The position numbers and the translations under genes are program-made. Source: Elusimicrobiota bacterium (GTDB lineage: Bacteria > Elusimicrobiota > Elusimicrobia > FEN-1173). Taken from it: 64,000 bases of DNA. The notes under the pieces were generated by a model. The model was given only the letters and a program-made list of their open reading frames with translations. It searched no databases and was not told where the DNA came from. The stretch lies in contig JADKIY010000007.1 of assembly GCA_016722575.1 (NCBI GenBank), positions 5,276-69,275 of the forward strand. The letters are read 5' to 3'. Numbering within the stretch: position 1 is the first letter of the stretch; each line of letters starts with the position of its first letter. Below are positions 7,007-20,100 of this stretch, piece after piece.

Positions 7007-7414
7007 TCAGAAGAGGTAGCGCCCCGCGTCGGGAACGAAGGCGTTGGGCAGATGGGCGATTTCCTCGCCCGATAGGCCGACCACGTCGAAACGCAAGGGA
7101 CGGTCCGCCAAACCCCGCACCTTGACGAAATCCAGGGCCGCTTTGGCCACCCGGGCCTGCTTGGCGCGGGTCACGAACTCCTCCGGCCGGCCGAAATCCG
7201 TCCCGGACCGAGCTTTCACCTCGACAAACACCACCGTCGCCCCCTCTTCCATCACCAAATCCACTTCGCCGAATCGCGTGCGGTGGTTGGCCGCGAGGAA
7301 TCGAAACCCCTTTTTCTCCAAATGGCGGCGGGCGGTTTGCTCGGCCCGCGCGCCGGGCGATATTGTCGGGGCGCGGCGAAACCAGCGCGTCAAGGGATGG
7401 CCTCGCCGGTCCAA
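7007..7414 (-). CDS. yraN: YraN-family endonuclease (UPF0102)
   Basis: GEVDLVMEEGATVVFVEVKARS and RFDVVG motifs. It is last in the rplS-rnhB operon, as in many bacteria. Confidence 0.75.
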   Translation of the reverse strand: MDRRGHPLTRWFRRAPTISPGARAEQTARRHLEKKGFRFLAANHRTRFGEVDLVMEEGATVVFVEVKARSGTDFGRPEEFVTRAKQARVAKAALDFVKVRGLADRPLRFDVVGLSGEEIAHLPNAFVPDAGRYLF

Positions 7415-7490
7415 GCTCGGCCCCCATTCGCACCGGGCTTTGACCCGTGCGAATACGGGAGGCTCTTTTTATCCAGGCGGTCCCTCCGCG

Positions 7491-8144
7491 TCAGTTGGGC
7501 GAACACGTCGGGGGCAGGGGGAATTGGGGGGACAGGGTGGCCCGGACGGGGGCGAAACTTTTCCGATGCAGGGCGCAGGGGCCGTGCCGTCGAAGAGCCT
7601 CGGCGTGATCCGGGGTGCCGTAGCCTTTGTGGCGGTCGAACCCGTAGGCGGGGTATTGGCGGTGGGCGTCGGCCATCCAGCGGTCCCGCGTCACTTTGGC
7701 CAGTACGCTGGCCGCCGCAATGGAGGCGCTTAACCCGTCGCCCCCCACGACGGTTTTTTGAAGTCGGGCGGGAAGTTGGGGAATGGTTTGATTGCCGTCC
7801 ACGAGGATGAGGGACGGCGCGGCGCCCAGCTTCTCCACCGCTTCGGCCATGGCGCCCAGGGAGGCTTTCAAGATGTTTTTCGCGTCGATGATTTCCGCCG
7901 AGGCGAAAGCCACCGCGTGAAACAGGGCTTCGGACCGAATGAGATCGTAGAACCGGTCCCGGGCGGCGGGCGTCATTTTCTTGCTGTCGTTCAATCCGGT
8001 CCAATCGGTTTCGGGCTTGAGGACCACGGCGGCGGCCACCACCGGGCCGGCCCAGGGGCCGCGCCCGGCTTCGTCCACCCCCGCCAAAATAAAAAACCCC
8101 TTTTCGCGCCAACCGGAATCGAACGCGAAAAGGGGTTTTGACAC
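7491..8144 (-). CDS. rnhB: Ribonuclease HII
   Basis: AGVDEAGRGPWAGPVVAAAV, DSKKMT and the DGN..IP motif. Confidence 0.9.
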   Translation of the reverse strand: MSKPLFAFDSGWREKGFFILAGVDEAGRGPWAGPVVAAAVVLKPETDWTGLNDSKKMTPAARDRFYDLIRSEALFHAVAFASAEIIDAKNILKASLGAMAEAVEKLGAAPSLILVDGNQTIPQLPARLQKTVVGGDGLSASIAAASVLAKVTRDRWMADAHRQYPAYGFDRHKGYGTPDHAEALRRHGPCALHRKSFAPVRATLSPQFPLPPTCSPN

Positions 8145-8153
8145 GAAACGATG

Positions 8154-8570
8154 TTAGCGCGTAGCGGCGGGCTCCAGCGGGGCGGGTCCGGCGTTCTTGC
8201 CTTCCGCCGCTTTGGCGACGGGGGACGCGATTTCTTCCTCGATGCGGGCGGCTTTGCCCGTGAGGTCCCGGAGGTAATAAAGTTTGGCGCGGCGCACTTT
8301 GCCCGAGCGAAGCACCTTGAGGCTTTCGATGCGGGGGCTGTGGAGCGGAAGAGTCCGCTCGACGCCCACGCCGAAGGACATTTTGCGCACGGTGAAGGTC
8401 GAGGCGATGCCGTGGCCGCGTTTGCGGATCACGACGCCTTCGAAGGCCTGAATACGCTCGCTCTCTCCTTCGACGATCTTGATGTCGACGCGAACGACGT
8501 CGCCCACGCGGAAGGCGGGCGGGTTCTTTTTCAAAAAGGCGCTTTCAACTTTTTCGAGAATGGGGTTCAT
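8154..8570 (-). CDS. rplS: 50S ribosomal protein L19
   Basis: [33 protein letters not shown] and RRAKLYYLR. Confidence 0.95.
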   Translation of the reverse strand: MNPILEKVESAFLKKNPPAFRVGDVVRVDIKIVEGESERIQAFEGVVIRKRGHGIASTFTVRKMSFGVGVERTLPLHSPRIESLKVLRSGKVRRAKLYYLRDLTGKAARIEEEIASPVAKAAEGKNAGPAPLEPAATR

Positions 8571-8577
8571 GGCAATC

Positions 8578-9276
8578 TCACTTTTTAATTTTCAATAAAT
8601 CCGGCCGCTTCTTTTTGGTGGCCGCCGCCGAGGCGGCTTCGCGCCAGGCGGCGATGGCTTTGTGGTCCCCGCCCAAAAGAACGGGGGGCACTTTCCGTCC
8701 GCGCCAATCGGCGGGCCGGGTGTAGTGGGGGCAGTCCAACCGTCCCCGCCAACCGTCGGCGAAGGAATCCCAGGCCAAACTGTCGGCTTCCTTCACCGTG
8801 CCCGGAATCTTCCGCACGACCGCGTCCACAACCGCCATGGCGGGAATTTCCCCGCCGGTCAAGACGACATCCCCGAGAGACACTTCGAGGTCGATCCACT
8901 CAAAAATTCGTTCGTCCACGCCTTCGTAATGCCCGCAAATCAACGCGAGGCGTTTCTTTTTCGCCAGCCGGTCGGCCAGGGCTTGGGTGAAGGGGCGTCC
9001 CTGGGGCGACAAGTAAATCACAAAAGGTTTGGTCCGGCCTTTTCCCGTGGCCCCGATGGATTTCAAGGCCCGGTGGAGCGGCTCGGCCTGAATCACCATC
9101 CCGGGTCCGCCGCCGTAGGGCCGGTCGTCCACGGTGCGGTGCTTGTTGTCGGCGAATTCGCGAATGTCGTGGACCCGAAGGTCGGCCAGGCCCTTAATCC
9201 GGGCCTTGCCCAGCAGGCTTTCGCCGAACGCCCCCTCGAACATCCGGGGGAACAGTGTCAAAACGTCAACGCGCAC
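8578..9276 (-). CDS. trmD: tRNA (guanine37-N1)-methyltransferase
   Basis: [27 protein letters not shown] and [10 protein letters not shown]. Confidence 0.95.
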   Translation of the reverse strand: MRVDVLTLFPRMFEGAFGESLLGKARIKGLADLRVHDIREFADNKHRTVDDRPYGGGPGMVIQAEPLHRALKSIGATGKGRTKPFVIYLSPQGRPFTQALADRLAKKKRLALICGHYEGVDERIFEWIDLEVSLGDVVLTGGEIPAMAVVDAVVRKIPGTVKEADSLAWDSFADGWRGRLDCPHYTRPADWRGRKVPPVLLGGDHKAIAAWREAASAAATKKKRPDLLKIKK

Positions 9277-9304
9277 GGTCCACGCGTCCGCCGGTCGCCC
9301 GGCC

Positions 9305-9541
9305 TTACTCTTCCAAAAGCTTGATGTCGATGCGCGCGTCGTCCGCGCCGAAGGCCGCGTTGGCCACGATGCGGAGCGAGTCGATGGTTTTGCCGCGTCG
9401 GCCGATGATTTTGCCCCGGTCCTCGGGGGCCACGCTCAACTCGACGGTCCGTTCGGCTTCCGCCCAGCGGGCGTGAACGTCGTCCGGCCGTTGGACCAGA
9501 TTTTTCGCGACGGACAGAACCCAGTCGAGGGCGGACGGCAT
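9305..9541 (-). CDS. KH-domain RNA-binding protein (YlqC/UPF0109-like), 78 aa
   Basis: I chose the start at MPSALDWVLSVAKNLV (cat at 9539-9541). It has the EDRGKIIGRRGKTIDSLRIV KH motif. The upstream part of the 158-aa track ORF is low-complexity and overlaps rpsP. Confidence 0.8.
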   Translation of the reverse strand: MPSALDWVLSVAKNLVQRPDDVHARWAEAERTVELSVAPEDRGKIIGRRGKTIDSLRIVANAAFGADDARIDIKLLEE

Positions 9542-9554
9542 GGGAAAAAAGAGC

Positions 9555-9836
9555 TTAGTTGGCGGCCGCGGTGGCCCGGGGCGCCGATTCGGACGGGACC
9601 AGGGAACCGGCGTTTTTGAGGGCCGTGCGGAGGGTGTCGGACGCCTGGGCGCCTTGGGAAAGCCAGTATTTGAGGCGCTCGACGTTGACGGTGATCCGGT
9701 TGGCTTTGTCCTTGGGGTGATAATGGCCGAGGACTTCCAATCCGGCGGCATCGCGGGCCTTGCGGCTGTCGATGGCGACAATGCGGAAATGGGGCGTTTT
9801 CGGGCGCCCGACTTTTTGAAGACGAAGGCGAACCAT
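9555..9836 (-). CDS. rpsP: 30S ribosomal protein S16
   Basis: MVRLRLQKVGRPKTPHFRIVAIDSRKARD and LGHYHP. Confidence 0.95.
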   Translation of the reverse strand: MVRLRLQKVGRPKTPHFRIVAIDSRKARDAAGLEVLGHYHPKDKANRITVNVERLKYWLSQGAQASDTLRTALKNAGSLVPSESAPRATAAAN

Positions 9837-9933
9837 GTGTGTGGGATCCTCTCGATTAAATTCGGGTTATTTTACCTCAGGGGGAGACCCCCTGTCAAGC
9901 GAAAATCCCCCGAAATTCATAAAATGGCGCGCC

Positions 9934-12663
9934 ATGGACGCCACGCTGAGAGACGACGTTCGAACCCTGACCACCTGGTTGGGCCGTATCATCCGGGAAC
10001 AGGAGGGGGAAGCCTTTTTTACCAAATTGGAGCGACTTCGCCAATTGGCCAAGGCCACCCGGACGCGTCCCGGCGCCTCGCCCCGGGCGGCCCTACGGGT
10101 TTTCGTTGAACGCTTGTCCGCCCGGGAGGCCCAAAGCATGGCCCGGGCCTTCACGCTCTATTTTCAGCTGGTCAATCTGGCCGAGGAGCACCACCGGTTG
10201 GAACGCCTGCGCGCCCGGGAGCGGGATTCCGGGGCCCCCCCTTTGTCCATCGAAAAAGCCCTCGAAAGTTTTCGGCGGGCGGGCGTGTCCCGGGCGCGCG
10301 TCGCCCGGGCCGTGGCCGACCTTCGCCTGGAGCCCGTGTTTACCGCCCACCCCACCGAAGCCAAGCGCCGGGTGGTCCTTCGCCACCTGCTCCGCGTGGC
10401 CGAATTGTGGGAGGAGCACCGGCGGGCCGACCGGTCGCCGTCGGAGCGGCGTCGGTCCGAAAACGCCCTGCTGGAGTCCCTGGAAGCCCTTTGGCAAACC
10501 CAACCGGTGCGCCAGCGGCGCGTGACGGTGGAGGACGAAGTGCGGAACGTCCTTTTTTTCCTGATCGGCACGGTGCCCCGGGCGGCGGCGGATTTTTGGG
10601 ACGCTTGGACGGAGGCCGCGGCCTGCCTCGCCCCCGGCGCGGCGCCCTCTCCCCGGCTTTTGACTTTTGGAACCTGGGTGGGGGGGGACCGGGACGGCAA
10701 CCCCTCCGTCACCCCCGACGTGTCCCGATGGGCCTTGGCCGAACAACGGCGAACCGCCCTGGCGTTTTACCGGACGGCGGTGCGGGACCTTCAATCCCTG
10801 CTGACCTCCTCCGCCTCGGCCGCCCGGGTGGACCCGGCGGTGGTGAAATCCTTGAACAAAGACCGGCGGGCCCTCCCGGAGCTGGAGGACCGCCTCCGTC
10901 ATTGGGAACGGGGGGAATACTACCGCGCCAAGCTTTGGGCCGTGGAGGCCCGTCTGGTCCGGGCCCAATCCGGGGACAAAGGCGGCTACCCGGGCCCCGC
11001 GGGGTTGGTCGACGACTTGGTTCTCCTTCGACGGAGCTTGGAAAAAAACGGGGGCGCCCGCACGGCCCACGGCGCGCTCCGGACCCTGGAGCGCCAGGTC
11101 CGGCTGTTCGGTTTTCACCTGGCCCGGCTGGATTTTCGCCAGCACAGCGGTCGGGTGCGGGCCGCGGCCGAAGCCCTGGCCGGCGGGCGGCCGACGACCG
11201 CCGAATGGCCCGCCCGGGTGGCGGCGGGCGCCCCGCGGGCGGTGCCCCGGATCGCGGGCGACGGGTTGGCCCTCCGGGAGATGGAAACCCTGGCGGAATT
11301 GCAAAAAATCCATGGAACGCGGGCCGCCGACCACTACATTTTGTCCATGACGGGCTCCGCCGACGACCTGTGGGCGGCGCTCTTTTTGGCCCGGCGCGCG
11401 GGGCTCGTCCGCCGGGAGGGAAACCGTTGGCGTTCGACGGTGGACATCGTCCCGTTGTTCGAGACGGTGGAGGACTTGTCCCGGGCCCCCGCGCTGATGG
11501 CGGCTTTGTGGCGTCACCCCTTGTATCGGCAAATCCTGGACTCCCGGGGCGGGGCCCAGGAAATCATGCTCGGGTATTCCGATTCCAACAAAGACGCGGG
11601 GTATTTGGCCGCCAATTATCATTTGTATCGCGCCCAGGACGCCCTGGGCCGGGCCGCGGAAAAAGCCGGCGTCCGCCTGCGGTTCTTTCACGGGAAAGGC
11701 GGGACCATCGACCGGGGCGGGGGTCCGGCGCACCGGGCCATTTTGGCCGCGCCGCGCTCGGTTCCCGGGGGGCGGCTTCGAATCACCGAGCAGGGCGAGG
11801 TGATCGCCTACAAATACGGCCGCCCGGCGGTGGCCCGGCGGAATTTCGAGCAAATGGCGAGCGCGGTGCTGACCGCGGAGCTGATGCCGCCGGGGGCCGC
11901 CCTCTCGACCGCGCGACGGTCGGTCTACGAAGGGGTCCTGGGCGAAATCGCCGAGGCCTCCCGCCGCCACTACCGGGCGTTGGTGTACGAGACCCCGGGC
12001 TTCGCCGATTACTTCGCGCAGGCGACGCCCATCGATTTGATCGCGCGGGTGGAAATCGCCAGCCGGCCGGTGTTTCGAAGCGGAAAAACCAAGGAAGGAT
12101 CGCCGCGGGTTGCCGCGGCCCCGTCGCTCGCCGACATGCGCGCCATCCCCTGGGTTTTTTCCTGGACCCAATCCCGAAATCTTCTTCCGGCGTGGTTCGG
12201 CGCCGGGAGCGCCCTGGGAAATTTTTTAGAGGAAAAGGGGGCCTTTGGGCGGGGGGTGCTCGCCGACATGTACGCCCGGTGGCCTTTTTTCGCGGCCTTG
12301 CTCGACAACCTCGAGCTGTCCTTGGCCAAGGCCGACTTAACCATCGCCGAGGGCTACGCGGCGCTGGTCAAGGACCGTGGTCTTCGATCCTCGATCTTTG
12401 AACGAATCCGAGAGGAGCACCGACGAACCGTCAGCGCCCTTCGGTCGATCACCGGGCACGCCTCGCCGCTGGAGCGGTCGCCGGTCCTTCGGGAATCCAT
12501 CGCCCTGCGAAATCCCTACGTGGACTCCCTGAGCGCTCTGCAGACGCGTTTCTTGCGTTTGTGGCGGGACCCTCGTCGGTCGCCCGCGGAGCGGGAGAAG
12601 GCGCTCGGCGTGCTGCTGGTCACCCTCAACGGGATCGCGGCGGGCATGAAAAGCACGGGGTGA
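9934..12663 (+). CDS. ppc: Phosphoenolpyruvate carboxylase
   Basis: VFTAHPTE, GYSDSNKDAG and FHGKGGTIDRGGGP motifs. I prefer the start at ATG 9934 (MDATLRDDVR) over the upstream GTG 9835, which overlaps rpsP. Confidence 0.9.
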   Translation: MDATLRDDVRTLTTWLGRIIREQEGEAFFTKLERLRQLAKATRTRPGASPRAALRVFVERLSAREAQSMARAFTLYFQLVNLAEEHHRLERLRARERDSGAPPLSIEKALESFRRAGVSRARVARAVADLRLEPVFTAHPTEAKRRVVLRHLLRVAELWEEHRRADRSPSERRRSENALLESLEALWQTQPVRQRRVTVEDEVRNVLFFLIGTVPRAAADFWDAWTEAAACLAPGAAPSPRLLTFGTWVGGDRDGNPSVTPDVSRWALAEQRRTALAFYRTAVRDLQSLLTSSASAARVDPAVVKSLNKDRRALPELEDRLRHWERGEYYRAKLWAVEARLVRAQSGDKGGYPGPAGLVDDLVLLRRSLEKNGGARTAHGALRTLERQVRLFGFHLARLDFRQHSGRVRAAAEALAGGRPTTAEWPARVAAGAPRAVPRIAGDGLALREMETLAELQKIHGTRAADHYILSMTGSADDLWAALFLARRAGLVRREGNRWRSTVDIVPLFETVEDLSRAPALMAALWRHPLYRQILDSRGGAQEIMLGYSDSNKDAGYLAANYHLYRAQDALGRAAEKAGVRLRFFHGKGGTIDRGGGPAHRAILAAPRSVPGGRLRITEQGEVIAYKYGRPAVARRNFEQMASAVLTAELMPPGAALSTARRSVYEGVLGEIAEASRRHYRALVYETPGFADYFAQATPIDLIARVEIASRPVFRSGKTKEGSPRVAAAPSLADMRAIPWVFSWTQSRNLLPAWFGAGSALGNFLEEKGAFGRGVLADMYARWPFFAALLDNLELSLAKADLTIAEGYAALVKDRGLRSSIFERIREEHRRTVSALRSITGHASPLERSPVLRESIALRNPYVDSLSALQTRFLRLWRDPRRSPAEREKALGVLLVTLNGIAAGMKSTG

Positions 12664-12735
12664 TTTTTGTCCGGCCCTGCGTGGGTCGGGGAGACGAAAG
12701 GATTTGGTCCGGTTCGGGGAAAGCCGACGGACGGC

Positions 12736-13284
12736 TTACCAGGGTTTGGGGCGGCCCTCGCCTTCCCAGGGGATTTCGAGGGATTTGTTTCCCGGGTCCC
12801 GCCAGACGGCTTCGAGCATCCATACGCGGGGGTGGCCCAGGAAGGCAATTTGGGGGAGGGCCACGTCGGTCAGGGCAATCCGGCGGGTGGGGTAAAAAGA
12901 GTTGGTGCAATACAGGAGAAGCCGCGACTTCGTGCTCGGGAGGATCGCGGCCAATCGTTCCTGGGTGATGTCGGAACCCAAATGAACGGCGCCCGCGACG
13001 TGCCCCCGGTCGAATTCTTCCCGGGTTCGGAGATCGGCCACCACGACGTCTTTTTCGCCCCGCCATTTGCGAAACTCCCGCAGCGTGGCCGTGTGTTTTT
13101 TGTAATTGAAGGACGCCACGAAACGGGCGTAATCCTGGGGCGTGGCCGGTTTGACGGGCGGATTGGCGTCCCGAGGGTCGGCGAGCGGCCGGTCTTCCGG
13201 AAGCGGCGAGGGGGAGGCGGCCGCGAGCCACAACGGCGCCGCCATCAAGGCGGCCAGCGCTCCCATCGAACCCCGGTGTCTCAT
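12736..13284 (-). CDS. Secreted rhodanese-domain protein
   Basis: Start MRHRGSMGALAALMAAPLWLAAA is signal-peptide-like. It has DLRTREEFDRGHVAGAVHLG and the active-site loop LLLYCTNSF. Confidence 0.7.
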   Translation of the reverse strand: MRHRGSMGALAALMAAPLWLAAASPSPLPEDRPLADPRDANPPVKPATPQDYARFVASFNYKKHTATLREFRKWRGEKDVVVADLRTREEFDRGHVAGAVHLGSDITQERLAAILPSTKSRLLLYCTNSFYPTRRIALTDVALPQIAFLGHPRVWMLEAVWRDPGNKSLEIPWEGEGRPKPW

Positions 13285-13446
13285 GGGAAAATCATACACC
13301 CTTTTCCGACCTTCTTCAAAAGGAAAGCGCTCCGCTCCCCGCTCGGTTTGACGGTTCTTGCCGCCTTTGGTAGACTGGTGCGGGTCCGACAACCGTTGGT
13401 CCCCACCCTCCGCCCGCTCCGGGCGGTCACATAGGAACAAAAACCC

Positions 13447-15045
13447 GTGAACGCCGAGTCTGCCGTGGCCGACGCCGCCGACCAAAGGCTTTACCCCTCC
13501 CCCGAACCCCTGGTTCGGCTGGCCAACGCGTTCCACGACCCTTTAAACAACGCCGTGGCCACCGCGCGGACCTGCTATTCCCCCCGGGTGATCACCGCCG
13601 AGGAAGTGGGCCGGGACGAAAAATCCCGGGCCCAGCGGGACGCCATCGCCGACAGCACCTACAAAGCCGGGCACCACACCACCCTGCAGCACGCCACCTT
13701 TCAATTCGTCCTGGAGCGGGTGTCCCGCCAATTCATTTGGTCGTTCCTGCACAGCCATCCCTTTTACAATTCCGAGCAGGTGAGCCAGCGTTACGTCACC
13801 GTGGGGCCCGACACGTTGGTGACGCCGCCCTTGGCCGGCCGGGCCCTGGACCTCTACCGAGAGACGGCCGCCCGGCAGATGGACGCCTACCTTCGATTGA
13901 CCGACCTGCTCCGTCCCGCGGTCGAGCGGGAATACAAAAAGATCTTTCCCCTGCGCAACCCGGCCGAAAAACCCTGGGCCAAGTTCGTCCAACGCAAAGC
14001 CCAGGAGGTGGCCCGCTACGTGTTGCCGGTGGCCACCCACGCGCACCTCTACCACACCGTGAGCGGGTTGACCCTCCATCGCTACCACCGAATTTGCCAA
14101 AGCTTCGACACCCCGCTGGAGCAACGGGTCGTCGTGGGCAAAATGATCGACGCCGTGCGGGCGGTGGACCCCGCCTTTGTCGACCGCATGGAAGACCCGA
14201 TCCCCCTGGACCAAACGCCCGAATACCGGTGCTTCCAGGAATTCCACGGGTCGGCGTCCCCCGCCCGGGCGTTCCTGAAAGAATTCGATCTTCGTTTGGG
14301 CGGTTTGAGCTCCAAAATGGTGGACCACAAAGCCAACGGCGAAGCCGTCTTGGCCCAGGCGGTGCGGTCGGTCCTGGGCGTGCCCCGGGCGGCCTTGTCC
14401 GACGACGACGCCATCGACCGCGTGTTGAACCCGGCCCGGAACCCCTATTTGTCCGAAGCCCTCAACCTGGGCGGTCACGCGAAACTGCTCCGCACCATGG
14501 TCCACATGCATTTCACCTTCGCCAAGAAGATTTCCCACACGGCGGACAGCCAGGACCAGCGCCACCGGATGACCCCGGCCTCCCGCCCCGTGCTTTCGGG
14601 CCACTTCGTGCCCGACACGCCCGATTTCATCACGCCGGAATTGATCCGCCATTCCCCGGAGGCCCAGGCCTTTTACGAGGGGAATCTCACGGCCCTCTGG
14701 GGCAAGATCGGGGAATTGCTGAACCTGGGCGTGTCCCGGGAAGACGCCCTCTATCTTCTGCCCAACGCCGTCAGCGTCCGGTTCGAGGAATCCGGCGATT
14801 TGTTGAATTTCCACCACAAATGGACCAAACGGTTGTGCTACACCGCCCAGGAAGAAATCTGGCGGACGTCCAAGGAAGAAGTGGATCAGCTGGCCCGGGT
14901 GGCCCCGCGCGTCGCGCGGCACCTGGGCGCCCCCTGCGCGCTCCGCGCGGCGGCGGGCGTCCGTCCCTTCTGCCCCGAGGGCGATCGGTTTTGCGGGGTG
15001 CTCGTTTGGAAAAAACCCGTCGCGGCTTACGAAAGGATTCTGTAA
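13447..15045 (+). CDS. thyX: FAD-dependent thymidylate synthase ThyX, long (~530 aa) two-lobed form
   Basis: ThyX-like elements HHTTLQH, SEQVSQRY and QRHRM. The length matches my memory of the long ThyX forms. It is followed directly by purA. Confidence 0.6.
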   Translation: MNAESAVADAADQRLYPSPEPLVRLANAFHDPLNNAVATARTCYSPRVITAEEVGRDEKSRAQRDAIADSTYKAGHHTTLQHATFQFVLERVSRQFIWSFLHSHPFYNSEQVSQRYVTVGPDTLVTPPLAGRALDLYRETAARQMDAYLRLTDLLRPAVEREYKKIFPLRNPAEKPWAKFVQRKAQEVARYVLPVATHAHLYHTVSGLTLHRYHRICQSFDTPLEQRVVVGKMIDAVRAVDPAFVDRMEDPIPLDQTPEYRCFQEFHGSASPARAFLKEFDLRLGGLSSKMVDHKANGEAVLAQAVRSVLGVPRAALSDDDAIDRVLNPARNPYLSEALNLGGHAKLLRTMVHMHFTFAKKISHTADSQDQRHRMTPASRPVLSGHFVPDTPDFITPELIRHSPEAQAFYEGNLTALWGKIGELLNLGVSREDALYLLPNAVSVRFEESGDLLNFHHKWTKRLCYTAQEEIWRTSKEEVDQLARVAPRVARHLGAPCALRAAAGVRPFCPEGDRFCGVLVWKKPVAAYERIL

Positions 15046-17449
<2,404 letters not shown>

Positions 17450-17453
<4 letters not shown>

Positions 17454-19063
17454 ACAAAGCGGCGGTCCTCCTGGTTCTGGCCTTGGGCGCGGCGCCGGCC
17501 GCGGCGGCGGTGTCGACGGACACCGTGGCCGCTTCCGTGGCCGTTTCGTCTTCCGTGTTTATGCAGACCGGGGTGGCCATCGATACCCGGAACAACGTCC
17601 ATTTGGTTTACGTGGACACGGCCACCTTGACCTTGAAATACGCCCAACTGGCCAACGGAACGACGACCTGGACCCTCTCCAGCGTATCGGCCGCCCAAGT
17701 CGGTCCCCAATGCGCCCTGGCCCTGGAGGGCGGGTTGTCCCCCCACGTGGTCTATTACCAAACGAACGGCACCCCGGCGGTGATGCACGGCCGGCTGAGC
17801 GGCGGTTCCTGGTCCACCGACACGGTGGAGGCCTTCACGGGCACGAACACCTTTGTCTCCATCGCGGTGGGCGCCGATCGGAATCCCCGGGTGGCCTACT
17901 ACAACAGCGTTTCCTCTTCCACGGTCTTCGGCGCCCGGAGCGCCGGGGTGTGGAGCACGTTCACCGTGGTGACGAGCACTTTCGGCGGCCCGGTGGACCT
18001 GGCCCTGACCTCCGCCGACAGCGCCCGGATCGCTTTGGTGAACGGGTCGACCGTCACGAGCTTCCGGGAATTGTCCTACGCCCGGCAAACCGGCCCATCG
18101 GCCTTCTCGGTTTCCACCCCGTTTTTCATCGGAACGGACACCACCACGCTGGGGGGCCTGGCCCTCGCCCTGGACAGCCTGGGCCAGGCGCACGTGGCCG
18201 TCTACGACACCTTCAGCGACGGCTTGGACTACGTCGAATTCGACGCCGCGGGGAGCACCATCGCGGCCGTCGTCGTGGATTCCGGCCCCGGCACGGGTTT
18301 TTTCTGCGACATCGCGGTCAATTCCGCGGACGACCCGCGAATCGTTTATTTTTCCACCGCCGGGTTGAAAACAGCGACCCGGAGCGGTTCCTGGGCCCCA
18401 ACGGTTTTGGACACGGGGACGGTGGTGGGCGTGGGCGCCGCCCTCGCGTTCAATCGGTTCGATCACTATCTCGCCGGTTACTTGAACGCGGACCTTTCGG
18501 AAGCCAAGTTTTTGACCGACGCGATCCGAAACTTGTCCATTGCCGGGACCGTGTTGGATTTCTCTTTCGCCCCCATCCCGGGGGTGACGTTGTCCCTGTC
18601 GGGGAACATCGCTTCCACGGCCGTTTCCATTTCCTCGGTGACCGGGGCCTATTCGGCCGACCACCTGTTTGAGGGGACCTACGGGATGGCGCCCACGTTG
18701 GCCGGCTACTCCTTTCAGCCCACGGGGCGGTCCTACAGCGTCTTGCAGTCCAGCCAAGCGGGACAAAACTATCAAGGCGGACCGGTCTCGGTGAGCACGG
18801 TGGGAAATCTTTTCAATCCCTTGGCGGGGGAATCGGCGACGCTCAATTTTTCGGTCGTGCCGGGCCGCGTTTTTGCCGGGGTGTATACCCTTCAGGGGCG
18901 GCCGGTCAAAACCTTGTTGGACGAGGACAAATCCGCCGGCAATTACAGCGTGACCTGGGACGGCCGCACTTCGGACGGCGACGTGGTGGCCAGCGGGATT
19001 TACCTGGTGCGGTTTGAAACCGACGCGCTGAAAAAGATCGTGAAAATGGCGGTGGTGAAGTAA
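17450..19063 (+). CDS. Secreted repeat protein with a CarboxypepD_reg-like domain and a FlgD-Ig/T9SS-type C-terminal domain
   Basis: ATGA overlap with the carA stop. Signal peptide MNKAAVLLVLALGAAPAAAA. Reiterated ..V.Y......L.Y......W.. units. C-terminus NLFNPLAGESATLNFSV...GIYLVRFETDALKKIVKMAVVK. Confidence 0.65.
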
Positions 19064-19064
19064 C

Positions 19065-20033
19065 ATGCGGCGCGTCGCGCTTTGGGCCGTCGTTCTGGCG
19101 CTCGGCGCCTCCCGGGTTTGGGGGGCTTCCGATCCCCGAACGGCCGGGAATTCGCTTTTGGAAACCGCCGACGCCCGGGTGACGGGTCTTTCCGGAGCCG
19201 CGACGGCTCTCACGGGGGACGTGGGGGTCTCGGCCGTCAATCCCGCCGCCGTGCCCACCCTGGTGGGCGCCGAAATCTCAACCCAATTCGAGTCCGCGCC
19301 GGGCGACGTTCGAACGGGCTTGGCCAGTTTCGGCCGTGGGAACGGGCGCGCGGGCTGGGCGCTCACGGCGGTTTATTTCGATGCCGGAAAAATCGATATT
19401 GTGCCGGTGAGCGGGTCGCCGTACACCCGCCGGGCCCAGCAGGACCTGGTGGGCGCCCTCACGGGCGGGTTTACCCTCGGGGAAAGCCTCCGACTGGGGG
19501 TGGCCGCCAAAGTCCTTTCCTCGACCTTGGTGGGCGACTATCACGCCGCGGCCTTCGCCGGGGACGGCGGGTTTCAGTGGGACCTGTCGAAACATCTCGC
19601 CCTGGGAGCGGCCGTGACGAACGCGGGGTCCGAATTGACCTACCGGGACCAGGGCGATCCCCTGCCCACGGAGTACCGGGCCGGGGCGGCCTTGAAGTTC
19701 GAGATGGGAAGCGGCGACGAGTCCGATAATACGGACGCGCCGTGGTACACGAAGGTCCGGTCGGATAAAAACTATTTGACGATCACCGGCGACGCGATCA
19801 CCGACCGTTTCGGCGGTGTGACGGGGGCGGTCGGCCTGGAATGGGATTACGCCCACCGGGCGATTCTGCGGGGCGGCGCGCGGGTGGGGCAAGCGGGCGA
19901 CAGCTTTTCGGCCGGACTCGGTTTTTGGATGAAGGGGGGACGGCTGGATTACTCCTTCCAGGCGGTGGGGGATTTGCCGGACCGCCACCGCGTGACCGTG
20001 TCGTGGTTTTGGAAAAAGAAATCGGAACAATAA
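19065..20033 (+). CDS. PorV/PorQ-like outer-membrane beta-barrel protein
   Basis: It has a signal peptide. The N-terminal motif LLETADARVTGLSGAATALTGDVGVSAVNPAAV resembles the PorV-family signature, and the rest has an alternating beta-strand pattern. Confidence 0.55.
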   Translation: MRRVALWAVVLALGASRVWGASDPRTAGNSLLETADARVTGLSGAATALTGDVGVSAVNPAAVPTLVGAEISTQFESAPGDVRTGLASFGRGNGRAGWALTAVYFDAGKIDIVPVSGSPYTRRAQQDLVGALTGGFTLGESLRLGVAAKVLSSTLVGDYHAAAFAGDGGFQWDLSKHLALGAAVTNAGSELTYRDQGDPLPTEYRAGAALKFEMGSGDESDNTDAPWYTKVRSDKNYLTITGDAITDRFGGVTGAVGLEWDYAHRAILRGGARVGQAGDSFSAGLGFWMKGGRLDYSFQAVGDLPDRHRVTVSWFWKKKSEQ

Positions 20034-20100
20034 ATTTTTGACCCGGCCCGGGGGAATCCCCGCGGCGCGGATTTGGAAGTTGACTCAAAACCGCTCTTCG

